Of a stretch of 64,000 bases of DNA, positions 26,829-39,849 are shown piece by piece. A program made the translations under genes and the position numbers. The stretch is from Adineta vaga. Taxonomy: Eukaryota; Animalia; Rotifera. The DNA lies in the NCBI GenBank assembly GCA_021613535.1, contig CP075492.1:15624001-15688000 (forward strand). The letters are read 5' to 3'. Position 1 is the first letter of the stretch. Every line of letters starts with the position of its first letter. A model generated the notes under the pieces. It did not search any database, was not told the DNA's origin, and worked only from the letters and a program-made list of their open reading frames with translations.

Positions 26829-28307
26829 ATGATCATACAAATATTTATTTTATTTTCAATTTTTGATCGTGATGTCATTAGTTTACAAACTAGTGACTTT
26901 TATGTCCATGATTTACCGCTTTTACCAGAATCAGAATCTTCTATATGTATGCATGCTGGATATATACCGACTGATCCAGCAACTGATGGTGCCTTATTCT
27001 TTTGGCATTTTGCCAAGAAATTTACAAGTGATAAATCAAGAACAGTAATTTGGCTGAATGGAGGTCCTGGTCAAAGTAGTCTCATTGGAGCTTGGACAGA
27101 GATTGGTCCATTTCGCTTTCTAGACGAAAATACAATCGTTACAAATAATGGTTCTTGGCATTTATATGCGAATCTTTTATTTGTCGATCAACCTATTGGT
27201 ACTGGTTTTTCTTATAGCAATACGAGTCTGTTTCTAGAAGAACTCGATGAAGTGACAGAACAGTTTCTCAATTTTCTCGATCGATATGTTGAAATATTTC
27301 CCGAATTACTTCAAGAAGATATCTACTTAGCTGGAGAATCGTTTGCTGGTCAATATATTCCATATATTGCACAAGCAATTCTTGAAAAACGATCATTATT
27401 TAAACTACGCGGTCTTCTTATTGGAAATGGATGGATTGATCCTGTTTCTCTGTATAACTCATATTTACCATTTGCAATTGCCAAAAATTTAGTAACAAAC
27501 GACTCTTCACTTCATCATAACATTAATGATATAGTTGCTGTTTGTCAAGAAAGATTGTCAAAAGAAAAGCATATTTTTGAACATATATGTTACTTTATTC
27601 TTCGTCAAATGGTATATAATGATAGAAGTAACGAATACTCAGTCAGAAATGAAAACAAATCATGTGTGAATATCTATGACATACGACTGAATGCAACACA
27701 ACCTGATTGTGGAATGAAAGGACCATCTGAACTCAAATATGTTTCTGCCTATTTGAATCGACCAGATGTTATGTCTCGTATTCATATCAATGGCAAGAAG
27801 TCTACTTGGAAAGACTTTGATGCAAATGTTAGTATTGCATTTAAGGCCTTGACGTCTACGCCGTCGATTGACTTGTTACCTAATTTACTTCGAAAAATTC
27901 CAGTCGTACTTTATAATGGTGAATACGATCTTATTTGTAATCATTTGGCAACAGAAAACATGTTAGATAATATGACATGGAATAATAGAACTGGTTTTGA
28001 TTTAGGAAATGGAACAATGGCCCCGATCTATTCATGGATGGTAGAAGGTGAATCTGCAGGTTTTATACGATATGCACGTAATTTAACTTATATTCTTTTC
28101 TATAATGCTGGTCATATGGTACCTTATAATCAAGCATATCGATCACGTGCCATGCTTCATCAATTCATACAATTGAATACAGATATTAGTAATTCTACTT
28201 ATCAAACAGTACACTATGCTCCTGTCATTATGAATCAATCCATATATTATTCTTTTCGAAATATTATATCATCTGTATTTTTTATGATCTTGAGGGTGTG
28301 GGTGTAG
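26829..28307 (+). CDS. Serine carboxypeptidase S10 (Kex1-like), intronless
   Basis: WLNGGPG, VDQPIGTGFS, GESFAG, GNGWIDP, DLICN, AGHMVP. Confidence 0.9.
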   Translation: MIIQIFILFSIFDRDVISLQTSDFYVHDLPLLPESESSICMHAGYIPTDPATDGALFFWHFAKKFTSDKSRTVIWLNGGPGQSSLIGAWTEIGPFRFLDENTIVTNNGSWHLYANLLFVDQPIGTGFSYSNTSLFLEELDEVTEQFLNFLDRYVEIFPELLQEDIYLAGESFAGQYIPYIAQAILEKRSLFKLRGLLIGNGWIDPVSLYNSYLPFAIAKNLVTNDSSLHHNINDIVAVCQERLSKEKHIFEHICYFILRQMVYNDRSNEYSVRNENKSCVNIYDIRLNATQPDCGMKGPSELKYVSAYLNRPDVMSRIHINGKKSTWKDFDANVSIAFKALTSTPSIDLLPNLLRKIPVVLYNGEYDLICNHLATENMLDNMTWNNRTGFDLGNGTMAPIYSWMVEGESAGFIRYARNLTYILFYNAGHMVPYNQAYRSRAMLHQFIQLNTDISNSTYQTVHYAPVIMNQSIYYSFRNIISSVFFMILRVWV

Positions 28308-28356
28308 GTATGGTGAGTCACTTGTATTCATACTCATCCACAGCCACCATCAAGAT
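28287..28356. repeat. Telomere-like hairpin element overlapping the carboxypeptidase stop codon
   Basis: atcttgagggtgtgggtgtagg ... catccacagccaccatcaagat. Confidence 0.75.
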
Positions 28357-29101
28357 AGAAAAGTGTATTTTAAAAATATAATTTTCGAATGAGTCTGACA
28401 TGCTTTAGATGACTTTTAACAAAAAATTGAATTGGTTTTTCTTTGAGAACGACTTTCACATTATATAAGTTTTCAAAATAAACGAGAGATCGAACACAAA
28501 ATTAAACATGAGATCCTATTATTTAGATACTAACAGTGTTTAATTTCGTATCTATTTAATATGAGTAAACTGTTTCTCTTGTGTTAAAACTCAAGTTTGA
28601 CTAGTGGTCGACATCAGAATAAACTATAAATAGGAACGAATAGGTGTGAATTTGAGGTGTTTATGGTTAGCGCAATAAGTAAGAGGGTGTGGGTGAGGAT
28701 GCAAACGGCTTCCTATTCATTATCCACACGCATCCAACCGGGAGTCAAGTATTTTATTCGTTTTATACTGCTAATGTTCTTGAACAGGACAATCAATATC
28801 TATTGAAATAATAAAAAGTAGGTTTGCGTTACTTGAAGATAAAGAACTACATTTTATTCATCGACAACACCTTTTGTCAACGGGCATTTTGTCGACGAAG
28901 TGTCGTCGACAACTTATTATTAACAGAAATTTTGTCTACAAAATATTTGTTGACGATTGATATTAATACCAAGATGAATAGGTACGCGAATTCTATTCTT
29001 CTTCCGTAATCAGAAGATCATAAGTGTAAGATATCTGAAAGTTCCATTTTACACTATAATAAATCAGAGAACGACTCCTCATTTTGTATACGTTTAATCT
29101 T

Positions 29102-29458
29102 TTTTTTGGTAGCGAAGCTTTATTGTATAAAACAACATTGTAATATGAAGTCAACGGAAGGTATTGTATTTATACAAAAGCTGGAGTAGAAAAAAAAGGA
29201 CACACGACGTATGTCTTTTGTCCGTGGAATAGAAATAAGAACGAGAAAAGTTATATATACTAATAGTGAGTGTAGATGGGGTGACGCGTGTAAAGTCTTA
29301 CATATGTGGTAGGAAAAGAAAAAGAAAAAAAAAGGGGAAGATATAGTGGTACTATATGGATAGATTGGAGAGGAAGAGAAAAGAAACTGGATTATATGTG
29401 ACATGTTTTAAATCAGCAAAAACATTGACTCGATATCATATTGCATATAAGAACGAGC
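29102..29458 (-). mobile_element. 5'-truncated copy of the LINE family at 42016-47250 (3' UTR + poly-A only)
   Basis: Reverse complement aligns with about 46868-47235; T-tract at 29100-29107; TSD acgtttaatctt at 29090-29101 and 29459-29470. Confidence 0.9.
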
Positions 29459-30500
29459 ACGTTTAATCTTGAATACGGCCAAACATGATTCGTTAACAAT
29501 ACGGATAAAATGTGGTGCGTATTTCTGTACCAGAGAGAAAGACTCGAAAACGGATCGTAAACAATGGTGTTTTGATCGACCTGGGAAATTCAGAGTACAA
29601 GCAAAATGTCAGCGTCAACTATCTCTTTTCGTTAACGTTTGCTAGGAAACTAGTGAGTATTAATTACGGTATAATTTTACTTATTATGAATATTTATCGA
29701 TTGCGAACATTTAGACATAATTCGCATGTACTTTTTATTTAACAGGCATATCATTCGTAACTATAGATCTATTACGTATTATTTTCAATATCATGCTTAT
29801 TTGATTGCTCTAAAATTCTCTTTAGTTGAGTTCATGGAAAATTTGATTTTGCGACAAATTCGAAATTGCTCATATTTTCTTCGAAAATTCATCGACCACA
29901 TTAATTTTGGTGACAAACCTGGCAAAATAGGCAAATGTCAATAAAATAGCAACATATATGACAAACGCCACAGACGCATACGCCTATATTTCTATAAGGA
30001 TAATATTCATTAATATTCATTTTTCTCCAAATTAATTTCTCCATGATATGCTTTGATTTTTCTTCTGTTATACATTGCGTTCATGCACGGTGGAATACCG
30101 TTTTATCCATATAACTCTCAAACGTAGAAAAAACGCGTTTTACAAGAGAGAAACGCGTGTTCGAGATGCGTTTAAACGCATTTGAAGTGAAACATCAACG
30201 ACAGCTGCGTCCAGACTCATTTATAAGAAAAAACATTTCACATGGGTAAAAAGATGATGAATGAATATAGAAAAGATTAATACGTAGCTTTCACAAACGA
30301 AGTGCTGAATAGAATAATTGAGAGAGAATCTAAGTTGAGCGAGTGTCAGAAAAACTTTTCTCCTATTTAGTATAGCATCATAGTACAGAACATTTTATTG
30401 TTTTAAGTACGCATCTAAAGGAAACTCGCAATTAAAATTTGATTATAGATAAATTTCTTTTCCTTTTCCTTAGATTTCTTTAAAATTGTTTTTCCATGCA

Positions 30501-30794
30501 TTAATTTTCCTAGTGATATAACTTTGCGATGGAATATGTTAGCAACTTGAATATTTTTATTAGAAAGAAGAACGTTTCTAGTGCAAAGCTTTTTTTTTGA
30601 AGATAAATAAAAATCCTTTCACAACTCTAGTCACTTTTTTTAGTCTCATATCCTCATCCACACCATCTTATATTCTAAAAGCTTTAATATCTTCAACAAA
30701 ACCCTTTGCGCACTAGAGACATTCTTATTTCTAACAAAAAAGTTCAAACCACTGGAACGTTCCATCGTAAAGTTATAGCAATAAGAAAATTAAT
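30501..30794. mobile_element. Old degenerate MITE/foldback with about 105-bp imperfect inverted arms
   Basis: 30501-30605 aligns with the reverse complement of 30688-30794 (ttaattttc..tataacttt.cgatggaa..ttagaaa..ctagtgc..ttgaagata). Confidence 0.7.
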
Positions 30795-31079
30795 ATAGAA
30801 CGTTTGTTCAATCCATTATATATTATGATATTTCAGTGTTTGTAAAGAACGAGAAAAAGAATGCGCCAAGAAAATAGCTTCCAAAAAAAGGAGGAAGAAA
30901 AAATGAAAGTGGAAAGTCTATTAGAACTCAATGTGAGACGTATAATAGAGTTTTTTTTCTGTAGAACACAAAACTTTCAATATTCAAACGGAAAGTTGGT
31001 GCTTTCCGATTGATTACACAGAACATAAGTTGTTATATTATAAAATTTACCTACATTTATTGGAAAGCTTGAATTATAC

Positions 31080-32418
31080 ATGGTGAAATTATACACACGA
31101 TGCTACTTGATCAGAAAAAAGAAATCGATCATTGCTTTGGTTTTAGGTAGTATCTTAATTATTTATTATGCTTTTTTCCAAAGAACATCAAATTGCTCTT
31201 ACTTATGTCCATACAAATCTATTGAGAGCCTTAATCTACTGACATTCGATGATTCACACATGGTAGAAAACTATCCAGAATTTATATGTCCGCAAAATTT
31301 TCGTAATCTTGCAGATTGGGTTTATGGCTGGCCATATGATGTGTTTGAAGAGCATCTCGAAGTGACCACTACAAAAGGACATTATATCAAATCATGTTTA
31401 CCGACTAATAGTATCATCTATGTAAAAGCGGATCATCTTGGTGAATTCTTTCATAAAGTTTACCCTCAGTTGGTGAACAAGTTTATATTGATATCAGGAC
31501 AAAGTGATGTATCATCACCTGGCCCATATCTATCCTATTTAGAAAGATATGATTCAAAAATTGTTCATTGGTTCGGTCAAAATTCAGAGATACATTCGTC
31601 AGAAAATAACAAGTTCACTCCTATTCCCATCGGTAAGCTGACAAAAATCAAACTATGAGATTAACATCTCGACTCTAAAATTGCTAAGTTTTTCAAAAAG
31701 AAATAAATATGCGTATGAAAGTTGCTTTCTTGTAGGTATCAATTGCTACCTAATGGCCAACGCACTTCGACTAGTCCAACGCCTACAACATGCACCAGTC
31801 ATTAACATTAAGCCAAACTACTCGAGTATTTATCATGTAAATCAAACTTTACTAATTAATTTCAAGCAATCGACTGATCCGACTGGAATTCGTTCACATG
31901 TCTGGAGTATCCTTTGTAATAATAGTGTTACATCCAAATTTACTCTATGCATCGATAAACCTGATGGAGTGAATATTTCAATACTTCCAACGATCTATGC
32001 TCGCAATCGTCGATATCCACTATGGTTATCTCCACGAGGTAATGGATTGGATTGTCATCGAACTTGGGAAGCGCTTTATCTCAATGTTATTCCTATTGTG
32101 TGGAATTCAACACTGAATTCTCTCTATACTAATTTGCCTATTATCGTCATCAATAATGAACGCGAGATTAATGAAGAATTTCTACGTATTAAATTAAAAG
32201 AAATAACTGCACTAAAAGCCAAAACTCAATCGATTTATGATTTGGAAAAATTACAATTTAGTTATTGGCGACGTCTAATTCTGAACAAATCAAGACATTC
32301 ATCTATGCAAACAATACGCAACAATCAATGTTGGCGAGCTAAAACCACAATCAATAGTGGTCCATTACAATTGACTCTCAATTATCTTTACACAAATTTT
32401 TTCTCTAAATTTCTCTGA
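31080..32418 (+). CDS. Type II membrane exostosin/GT47-like glycosyltransferase, 2 exons
   Basis: N-terminal TM, PIPIG|INC across intron 31633-31735, SPRGNGLDCHRTWEALYL motif. Confidence 0.8.
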
Positions 32419-32541
32419 CCTTTTTCACATTATCAAACGAGTGTGAGTGAGGTAACTTCATCAAAGAGATGAATGTGCTTTTGAAAGTTTTTATTCTACA
32501 CAATAATTATAAGATGTAAACTTATTGTGAAAATCTCACTT

Positions 32542-34026
32542 CCCATGTAAACATTTTTTGAGTCAAAACGCGTTTCGACTGCGTGCCGAACGCGTCTAAA
32601 TCGAAGCAGTTGAGCGCGTCTATACGCGTCGTCAGTGAAACAATCGAGGCGCCCAGATGCGAGTCAGAATAAACTGCGTCTGAACGCGATTGAAAACTAG
32701 TTGCGTCTAAACGCACCTTGATTTGGAACTGCGTCCTCTATGAAACAATCGGGGCGTCTAGACGCGTTTTATTTAAATTTAAAAATTAGGCAAAAAATCT
32801 GTCAATTCATCTCAGATTCGAACGGAGTCGCCATCCACATTATATCCTGATGGTCTTAGCCTACCCTAGCCTATGAATTGAATTTTTAACTTACATGACC
32901 AGAAGCAGATTTGAACATGTGAACCATCGATCAGAAGTCGTGAACATACACCACTGAACTATACTTACTCGAAATATATTCTTATTCAAAACGATATGTA
33001 TTTGATTGAATACTTCTGAACTTCTATACATGAATATAAGAATGTTTGCTTCTGTCTATATGAAGAAAGTACGACACATTATCGTATTTTTTACAATAAT
33101 TTCAAATAAAATTGTATATTTTTTGTCTTTTCTATCTCTAATTTTATTTGAAATGTAATTTACAACAATAAAAATCTAATAAAAGTTTTGATAAATCAGA
33201 TATATACAGTTAACCTATGGATTTTAATTAGATTGATAGAGTTTATTTGAAAAACAGATATCAATTGGTTATTAAAAATCTTTCTAAACACGTACAAATA
33301 ACAGTTCTTATCTATTTATTTGGTCTCCGATATACAGTATTTTGCATTTCAACGTCTTTCGACATGGAAAACGACATACGTGTATTCAAAAGAAAGATAA
33401 GCAATATTTTTAACAGAAAAATTTGACTAATATCGTTAGAAGTAAATGTGTTGATATGTAATAGGATAGATAAACGCGCTTCAAAGCACCGAAATATTTT
33501 CCAATAAGTGCGTTTAACCGCGGTTTGCACAGAGCTCGTACTGAAATGTTTTCAATTTGCGTTTTGACGCACTTCGAAAACGTTCTTGAACGCATTTAGA
33601 GACTATTTGACACAAAGGTGCATCTAGTCGCGTTTGATACTTATTTTAGATGCGTTTGCATGCGATTCTAATATGATTTGCGACTGGACGCGGTTATTTT
33701 TCGCAATGCAAAACGCTTATAGACGCGATTCTGTTAATAAATGCGTCTGGATGCAGTTGAAAGCTATTTTAATTGCATCTGAACGCGTCTATATACGAAA
33801 TCGCGTCTAATTGCAGCTCAAAATTTTTTCAATCGCGTCTGAACGCGACTTTATATGAAGTTGCGTCTACACGCAAGGAAAAATTATTCGGTGTTCGCGT
33901 CTGAACGCGGTTATAAATGAATACGCATTTGAACGCGATAAAATTGAGTTTAAGCCGCGTCTCGATGCGATTTTCAAACACAGACGCGACGAGACGCAGC
34001 TATCCTGCGTCTGGTGTTTACATGGG
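32542..34026. mobile_element. 1.5-kb non-autonomous CMC/EnSpm-like DNA transposon
   Basis: 12-bp TIR cccatgtaaaca / tgtttacatggg, 2-bp TT flanks, many subterminal (g/a)acgcg / cgcgtct repeats; related end at about 30130-30246. Confidence 0.8.
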
Positions 34027-34804
34027 TTATGTTATAGTATTTAAAGAATCTAATTGAATATGTCGACGAATTTGTTCATCTTCTGGTTCATAGATATGTA
34101 CAATAGGGATACGAAGTTGATCGAGTTGATCACGACCGCGACGTCGTTTAGCTGCAACAGCATTGATATATTGGTTTCGAACAAATGAAGTAATGTCAAC
34201 AATACGAAGAATATCACGACCATCAAGAAAACTATCAATTTGTCTGAGACCTAATTGAATTGCTCGACGACCAAGCGTTGATTCACCATGTGGTTCATGA
34301 TCGGGATCCCATTGTAAACGAACTCGACCTTTTAAACGAATTCGATTTGTATCATCAGATGTAATTGGTTGTTGATCAGAAGCAAGATCATCAATATCAG
34401 AATTGACAGATCGTGCAAGATAACTATCGAACGCTGAACGTCGAAGGTATATAGCAAGAATATGCTGTTGATTTGAACGTGATGCCCAATTTGATCGATA
34501 CATCATCCAGAGAAAACTTGTTTTAATCCCTAAAATAGATATGAAAATGATATCTAAATCAACACATCCTGAAGAGCTTGCATGTCATTCGCTGCTCATT
34601 GTAGCCTGGACATCCAGTAAATCGACCATTTTCACAAGCATACTGTGCTATATCATCATTATAAGCTTGATAGACTATAACTGATACATCATCAAATGAT
34701 GCTAATATCCATTTTCCACCAGGTCGACTTCTACGACATGGCCATCGACGTTTTGCATCCGTATACATTTCTGTATTACTTTCATAATGATTTAACCAGT
34801 CCAT
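34027..34804 (-). CDS. DUF4291-domain protein, 2 exons with GC-AG intron
   Basis: VYQAY, RMTWIKTSFLWMMYRS (restored by intron 34530-34581), RLQWDPDH, RRAIQLGL. Confidence 0.85.
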
Positions 34805-35326
34805 ACTATTTTTCTCTACTATTGGAATAAATAAATGCTTTCCATGTTTTTAAAAACAACCAAATAGTATTGTGCAATAACCTGCACATACACTATCGGT
34901 AGAGAGGAGGAGGTATAAATCTGTAATTTCATCATAGATGCCGTTTGTCATTCTTATGCAATAACATGGACACATCATTCGTTAATAGGTAAAAAAATTG
35001 TGTTATTTTTAACTGTTGTCGATCTCTCCATTCACCTTTCATTGGTTGAGTAAAACATCGGAGCATTTCTTTTTTGATATTCTTTTTTCAAATTAATAAT
35101 TCTTACTTTATGTATAAAACAATTTTTTACGACATCTTGAATACATAACCAAAACTTTTTTTGAAAATCTCATTTCCTCTCTCAGCACGTTAATGAACAG
35201 CAAACTGAATAGCCCTTCCAAATATTCTCTCTCTCTCTCTACCGATACTTTGTTTGTATATTAATACTTGGAAAATAATTTATTTCTTTAGAATGTAAAT
35301 GTTATATAGTATAAATCAGTTGAATA

Positions 35327-36481
35327 ATGAAACTATTCGATGAAAAATGCATGATATTTCTAGTCGCCATTCCTATATGTATCGCAATTAATCCGGTGGT
35401 TTCCATCAAAATTCCTTATATTACTGACGTTATTTTAAAATCAATTTATTCTACAAACAATACTTTCTTTTATAATATCACATGTAATCAATGTCTTTGT
35501 ATTTCACCACTATCTTCTCTTGCTTTGAATTGTTTTCCGAATAATTCTTGTCAATTATTCTTTTCATTTCCTTTGACATATCAAATTGAACAGAAACAAG
35601 GCGCTCGTCTTTATTTTCCACAAAAACGTTTTCCTAATCGTTCTCAATGTTGTATGCCAAATATTTATTCGCTACTATACAAATTAAACATGTCGAAAGT
35701 AGTATCCGTCAATACATCAAGACCTCGTGATGCTATTATCGATAGTAATAATTATTTAGTAACAGTTGAACAACGAACTGACTATCTTGTGCGATTTGAT
35801 TCAACAAATCTCACCAGAATCTTTCGTCAATCACGTGCAAATTCAAATCAATTGGCAATTACTTTCTTCAATAATGCGTATTACATTGCATCAGATGACG
35901 GCGAATCAATAACTGTGATTGATAGTAGAAATCTAACAATATTATCAATTATTCCAACATCTGGCTGTGGTATACGTGGAATTATATTTCTTAATCAAGG
36001 TCAGACAATGATTGGCACTGCCTATGACGATAATAGCCTTGTATTTCTTAATCGAACAAGTCTTGTTCCAATTGTATATAAAATTTCTTTTCTTAAAAGA
36101 ACTTCTTTTCCAGATCCACATGGAATATGGCGTGTAAATGATTCATTCTTTTATGTGACATCAAACATAAATAATGCACTTTATTCTTTTCAAACAACGA
36201 ATTCCGGCCGATCATGGAATGAAACATTCGTTCTCCAAATGCCAAGTAAGGATGATGTAGGCTATAGTTCACGAGTAACAATTGATGAATGTAATCGATT
36301 TTGGTTTGCATTCGAAAGAGATACTATTTTAATTTATGATCAAGATGGAGCAAAGTTAGGCAGTTGGATATTACCGAATTCAACAGTATTTGATATAAAA
36401 ATCATGGACAATTATTTGATGTATATTACTGAATCAAATACCAATCGAATTCGACGTTTTCAACCAGACATTCAGTGTTAA
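35327..36481 (+). CDS. Secreted PAN/apple-like + beta-propeller protein
   Basis: Signal peptide, TCNQCLC..LNC..NNSCQLF module, NHL/YVTN-like C-terminal repeats. Confidence 0.7.
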   Translation: MKLFDEKCMIFLVAIPICIAINPVVSIKIPYITDVILKSIYSTNNTFFYNITCNQCLCISPLSSLALNCFPNNSCQLFFSFPLTYQIEQKQGARLYFPQKRFPNRSQCCMPNIYSLLYKLNMSKVVSVNTSRPRDAIIDSNNYLVTVEQRTDYLVRFDSTNLTRIFRQSRANSNQLAITFFNNAYYIASDDGESITVIDSRNLTILSIIPTSGCGIRGIIFLNQGQTMIGTAYDDNSLVFLNRTSLVPIVYKISFLKRTSFPDPHGIWRVNDSFFYVTSNINNALYSFQTTNSGRSWNETFVLQMPSKDDVGYSSRVTIDECNRFWFAFERDTILIYDQDGAKLGSWILPNSTVFDIKIMDNYLMYITESNTNRIRRFQPDIQC

Positions 36482-38706
36482 AGTCTCTCGTATTTTCTCT
36501 TTTAAAAATGATTTCTCAATATATAAAAAACAAATCATTTTTTATCTCATTTCATATTTTAGAATGAATTATGATAGTAAGTATGCGTGTGTAAAGTGTG
36601 TGTTGGCATGAGAATATTTTCTCTTGAAGTACACCCAGACCCTCAAATATGTCGTTGCTATCACAATCGAGTATGAAATGAGCATAGTTTAGTAAGCAAA
36701 CAACTAGTACACGTATTCTAGTTATATTTAAAAGGTTCTTCATACTTACCAGATTTTTGGCTCAATATCGACGAAGCAAAACAATTCGGACAACGTATTT
36801 ACTAACAGATGTTAGAGCACAAATTGTCGACTTTTCAGAAAAGTCTCTCACTCTTCAAGTATCTTGACCTGTGGAAAGAGAACGACTGTTCAATTTTCCC
36901 TTGGTGACAAGCACATCATCGTTCTGCCTAAAGAATATATGTAACTTTGAATAATATGTAATAATAACACTCATATCCTAAATATATAATTTTTCACTTA
37001 GTCCTTTTTATTCAGCATAACACCTGCATTTTGTACAAAGTAGAAATGAAAAAGAAAAATATATCATTAATATCATCGTAAAATGAGTGACGATGAGAAC
37101 AGTTTTTTACGTATTCACGAAGGGTAGCACGTGGCTATACATATATTTGAGCGAGCGTAAATGATATAAGCATTAATCGACCTTGACGACTATTATAAAA
37201 GGCGCTGATTATTAATAAAACCAAACGATTTTACATTTTATGAAGAAAACTATGTATACATAAGTGGCGACAACGATCAAAGTGTATTCATATACTTGAA
37301 TTAGTATTTTCATGCTTTAGATTTTCAGCACATAAAATACGACGTAGTTCTAATTAAATCGTGATTCAAATTAATAAATCATCGTTCATCTATAATGATC
37401 TTATGGACAAGGTAAACTATAATTTCGGACAAATGTTCTGGTTTCTTGTATCTCACAAGTCTACTAAATTCTTGATTTTTTTAGAATTCTCTCGATAATT
37501 CGATGCATATCCTTGATTTTACTCATAGGATTGTGTCTAATGATTATTATCAGTGTTATATTTTTAGTTTCGACAGGACAAGATAATGATGATGATGATA
37601 ATCAAAACTTAATGATTGATAAATCAAGTAAAGAAATATTGAAAGGAATGAAATCTTTACATTGAGTTTTACCTTTTAAGTTTCGACTGTTTTCACTCTT
37701 AACTATAATTCAACGATACGAAACAATGGTTCATTGATTGTTATAGATTTAAATAGTCTTGCACGACAGGTAAAAGCTTCAAGATTTATTTGCATTAAGT
37801 TGAATCGCTTTTCTTGTTTCAAGATTGCTCAAACATATAGTATATCTGTTAATATAATTCGTGTGCATTCAGCTAGATTTGTACAAAAGCTTATCTTGTC
37901 CAATCGAAAGCGACAAATGTAAGTGTTTTTTTTATATTGTCAACTATCCGATATTTCAGTTGTCTGATAGAGCGTCTCTTAAAAACTACAATTCTTAAGA
38001 TCGAGATGTAGATGTAAAAGATTTAATATTATTTTTCAAGACAAGGCTATAGGTTTCTCAGAAAGATCTAAGAGTTAACATGTGTTTTTCAAAATCAGGA
38101 CATAGTTTTGAGAGTTAAGTTCAAGTAGACGTACGTAACAATGCAATCGATTCTATAGTATATTGGTTCTATGTTTTAGTGAATCGGACAGTGATCAAAT
38201 AATAGATAGAAATGGTGATTTTTTTGTCATTGAATGTGAAGTTATTTATCCCATCGGTTGTGGTCATATGAAAATGTGTAACGATCGCTTCAGTTCTGTT
38301 GTCTTTCGAAACGTTAAATTAAGTCCATCGGTACAGTCATTCTCTATATCATTTACTAGTGGAGTTACATTAAATGTTGGACTTACATTCTTATCAATAA
38401 ACGCGACATACATGACGATACCAACAACCATCACAACAAAGGGTACGTATCTCCGCTGGAAAAAATTCTTTCTTCCTAGTCTGCAAATAGTATTGAGAAT
38501 AAGAGTATTTCTGCTTTGCAGTTGTATCGACTACACGAAAATGCATCCGTTAGGGTGTGATAGCTATATGCGTCGGCATTTTCATTAAGTGCGAGTTTGT
38601 TCGTGTCACTGCTAGTCAACGAAGAGATATCATCGTAAGATTTCAGTTCTTCGTAGCATGCATTCTCAGAAATACAATTTAAGTTTTTGATTATTTATTG
38701 TTACAG

Positions 38707-39167
38707 AGTCTACAACTGAAATGACTTCAACTGCTGTTGCCTTGACAACTACATCCATGAGAATTATGACAACCACATCAACAACAACAAAAACATCTAC
38801 ACCATTTTTAACATTTACAACATCTACAACCACGACATCATCATCAACAGCAACAACGACAACGACAACAACGGTAACAGCTCTTTGTCCTAATTATTGT
38901 AATGGTACTTGTTTCGCTTGTGGATATTATCATATAACTGGTGGTAATTTCCAAACCGGTTATGCTGTTGGTCCTGCTGCTACTTGTTCAAATAATATCA
39001 ATAGTTGCCGTTGTGATTGTTTTGGTAACCCTTCGTTCAGTGGTACTGTTAATGATTATAATTGTTACGGCAAGGTTTCTAATAATGGCGATTGTGCTAA
39101 TAATGGCTGCGATCAATGTTGTTACGATTTCTGTTGTCAAACAGCTGAATGTTTTGTTGCTGGTTAA
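38707..39167 (+). CDS. Terminal exon: Thr-rich mucin stalk + Cys-rich C-terminal domain
   Basis: Acceptor tacag ending 38706, poly-Thr tract, Cys-dense last 95 aa; upstream exons uncertain. Confidence 0.6.
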
Positions 39168-39849
39168 TAGGTTCTCAGATCAATGCCCTACGTCCTCAAC
39201 ATATATTACCTTTTATTGAGAATACGGACAAAATATGGTGGGCGCTTTATTTTCGTATAGGTTATGATAAATAGCGCATTTATTTGTTGATTATTTTTGT
39301 GTAATTAAAGTGTTAACACGGAATCATATCAACAAAAATATGCATATCGATTTTTATCATACTTTGCATTGCTCATCATTAGACTTTCTACGTACACTTA
39401 ACATTGTAAAAATGAGTAGGAGAATGAAAAAATACGCTTGATCAACAAGCAATAATATTTATATATAAAATCGAATCTTCACTAAAAACCTACACACATA
39501 CATTTTTTTCTTTTTATTGTGTCAATATAGCCTATTTTCGAAATGCATACATTAATTACCAAAAATGTACTGGCCATACTTATCTTGTTTATTTTTTTAG
39601 AATTAGTGATCATATAAAGAGACAGATAGATAGAGATAGAAAAAAACTTGATAGAAGTGTTTACAATTAGATATTTGCTAAGTTCCAACGATACATAATG
39701 TTTGTAATTCAAATTCTACGTCGAATTGATATTTCTTTAATCGATGAAGATTTTCTCATGCAAAATGAATTTAATCAGAAAATCACAGTGCATTTGAGTT
39801 GAAAGTTATTCTACCAAGAATACGAGGAAGAATTACATCTGCTCTACTC

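Noticed and set aside
28860-28960. Short gtcgac-periodic repeats (similar patch at 26320-26396)
   Set aside because: Probably decayed transposon subterminal repeats; no boundaries or TSD can be supported
38163-38588. 141-aa plus-strand ORF
   Set aside because: No recognisable motifs; the opposite strand looks like a decayed membrane-protein fragment; neither is supportable
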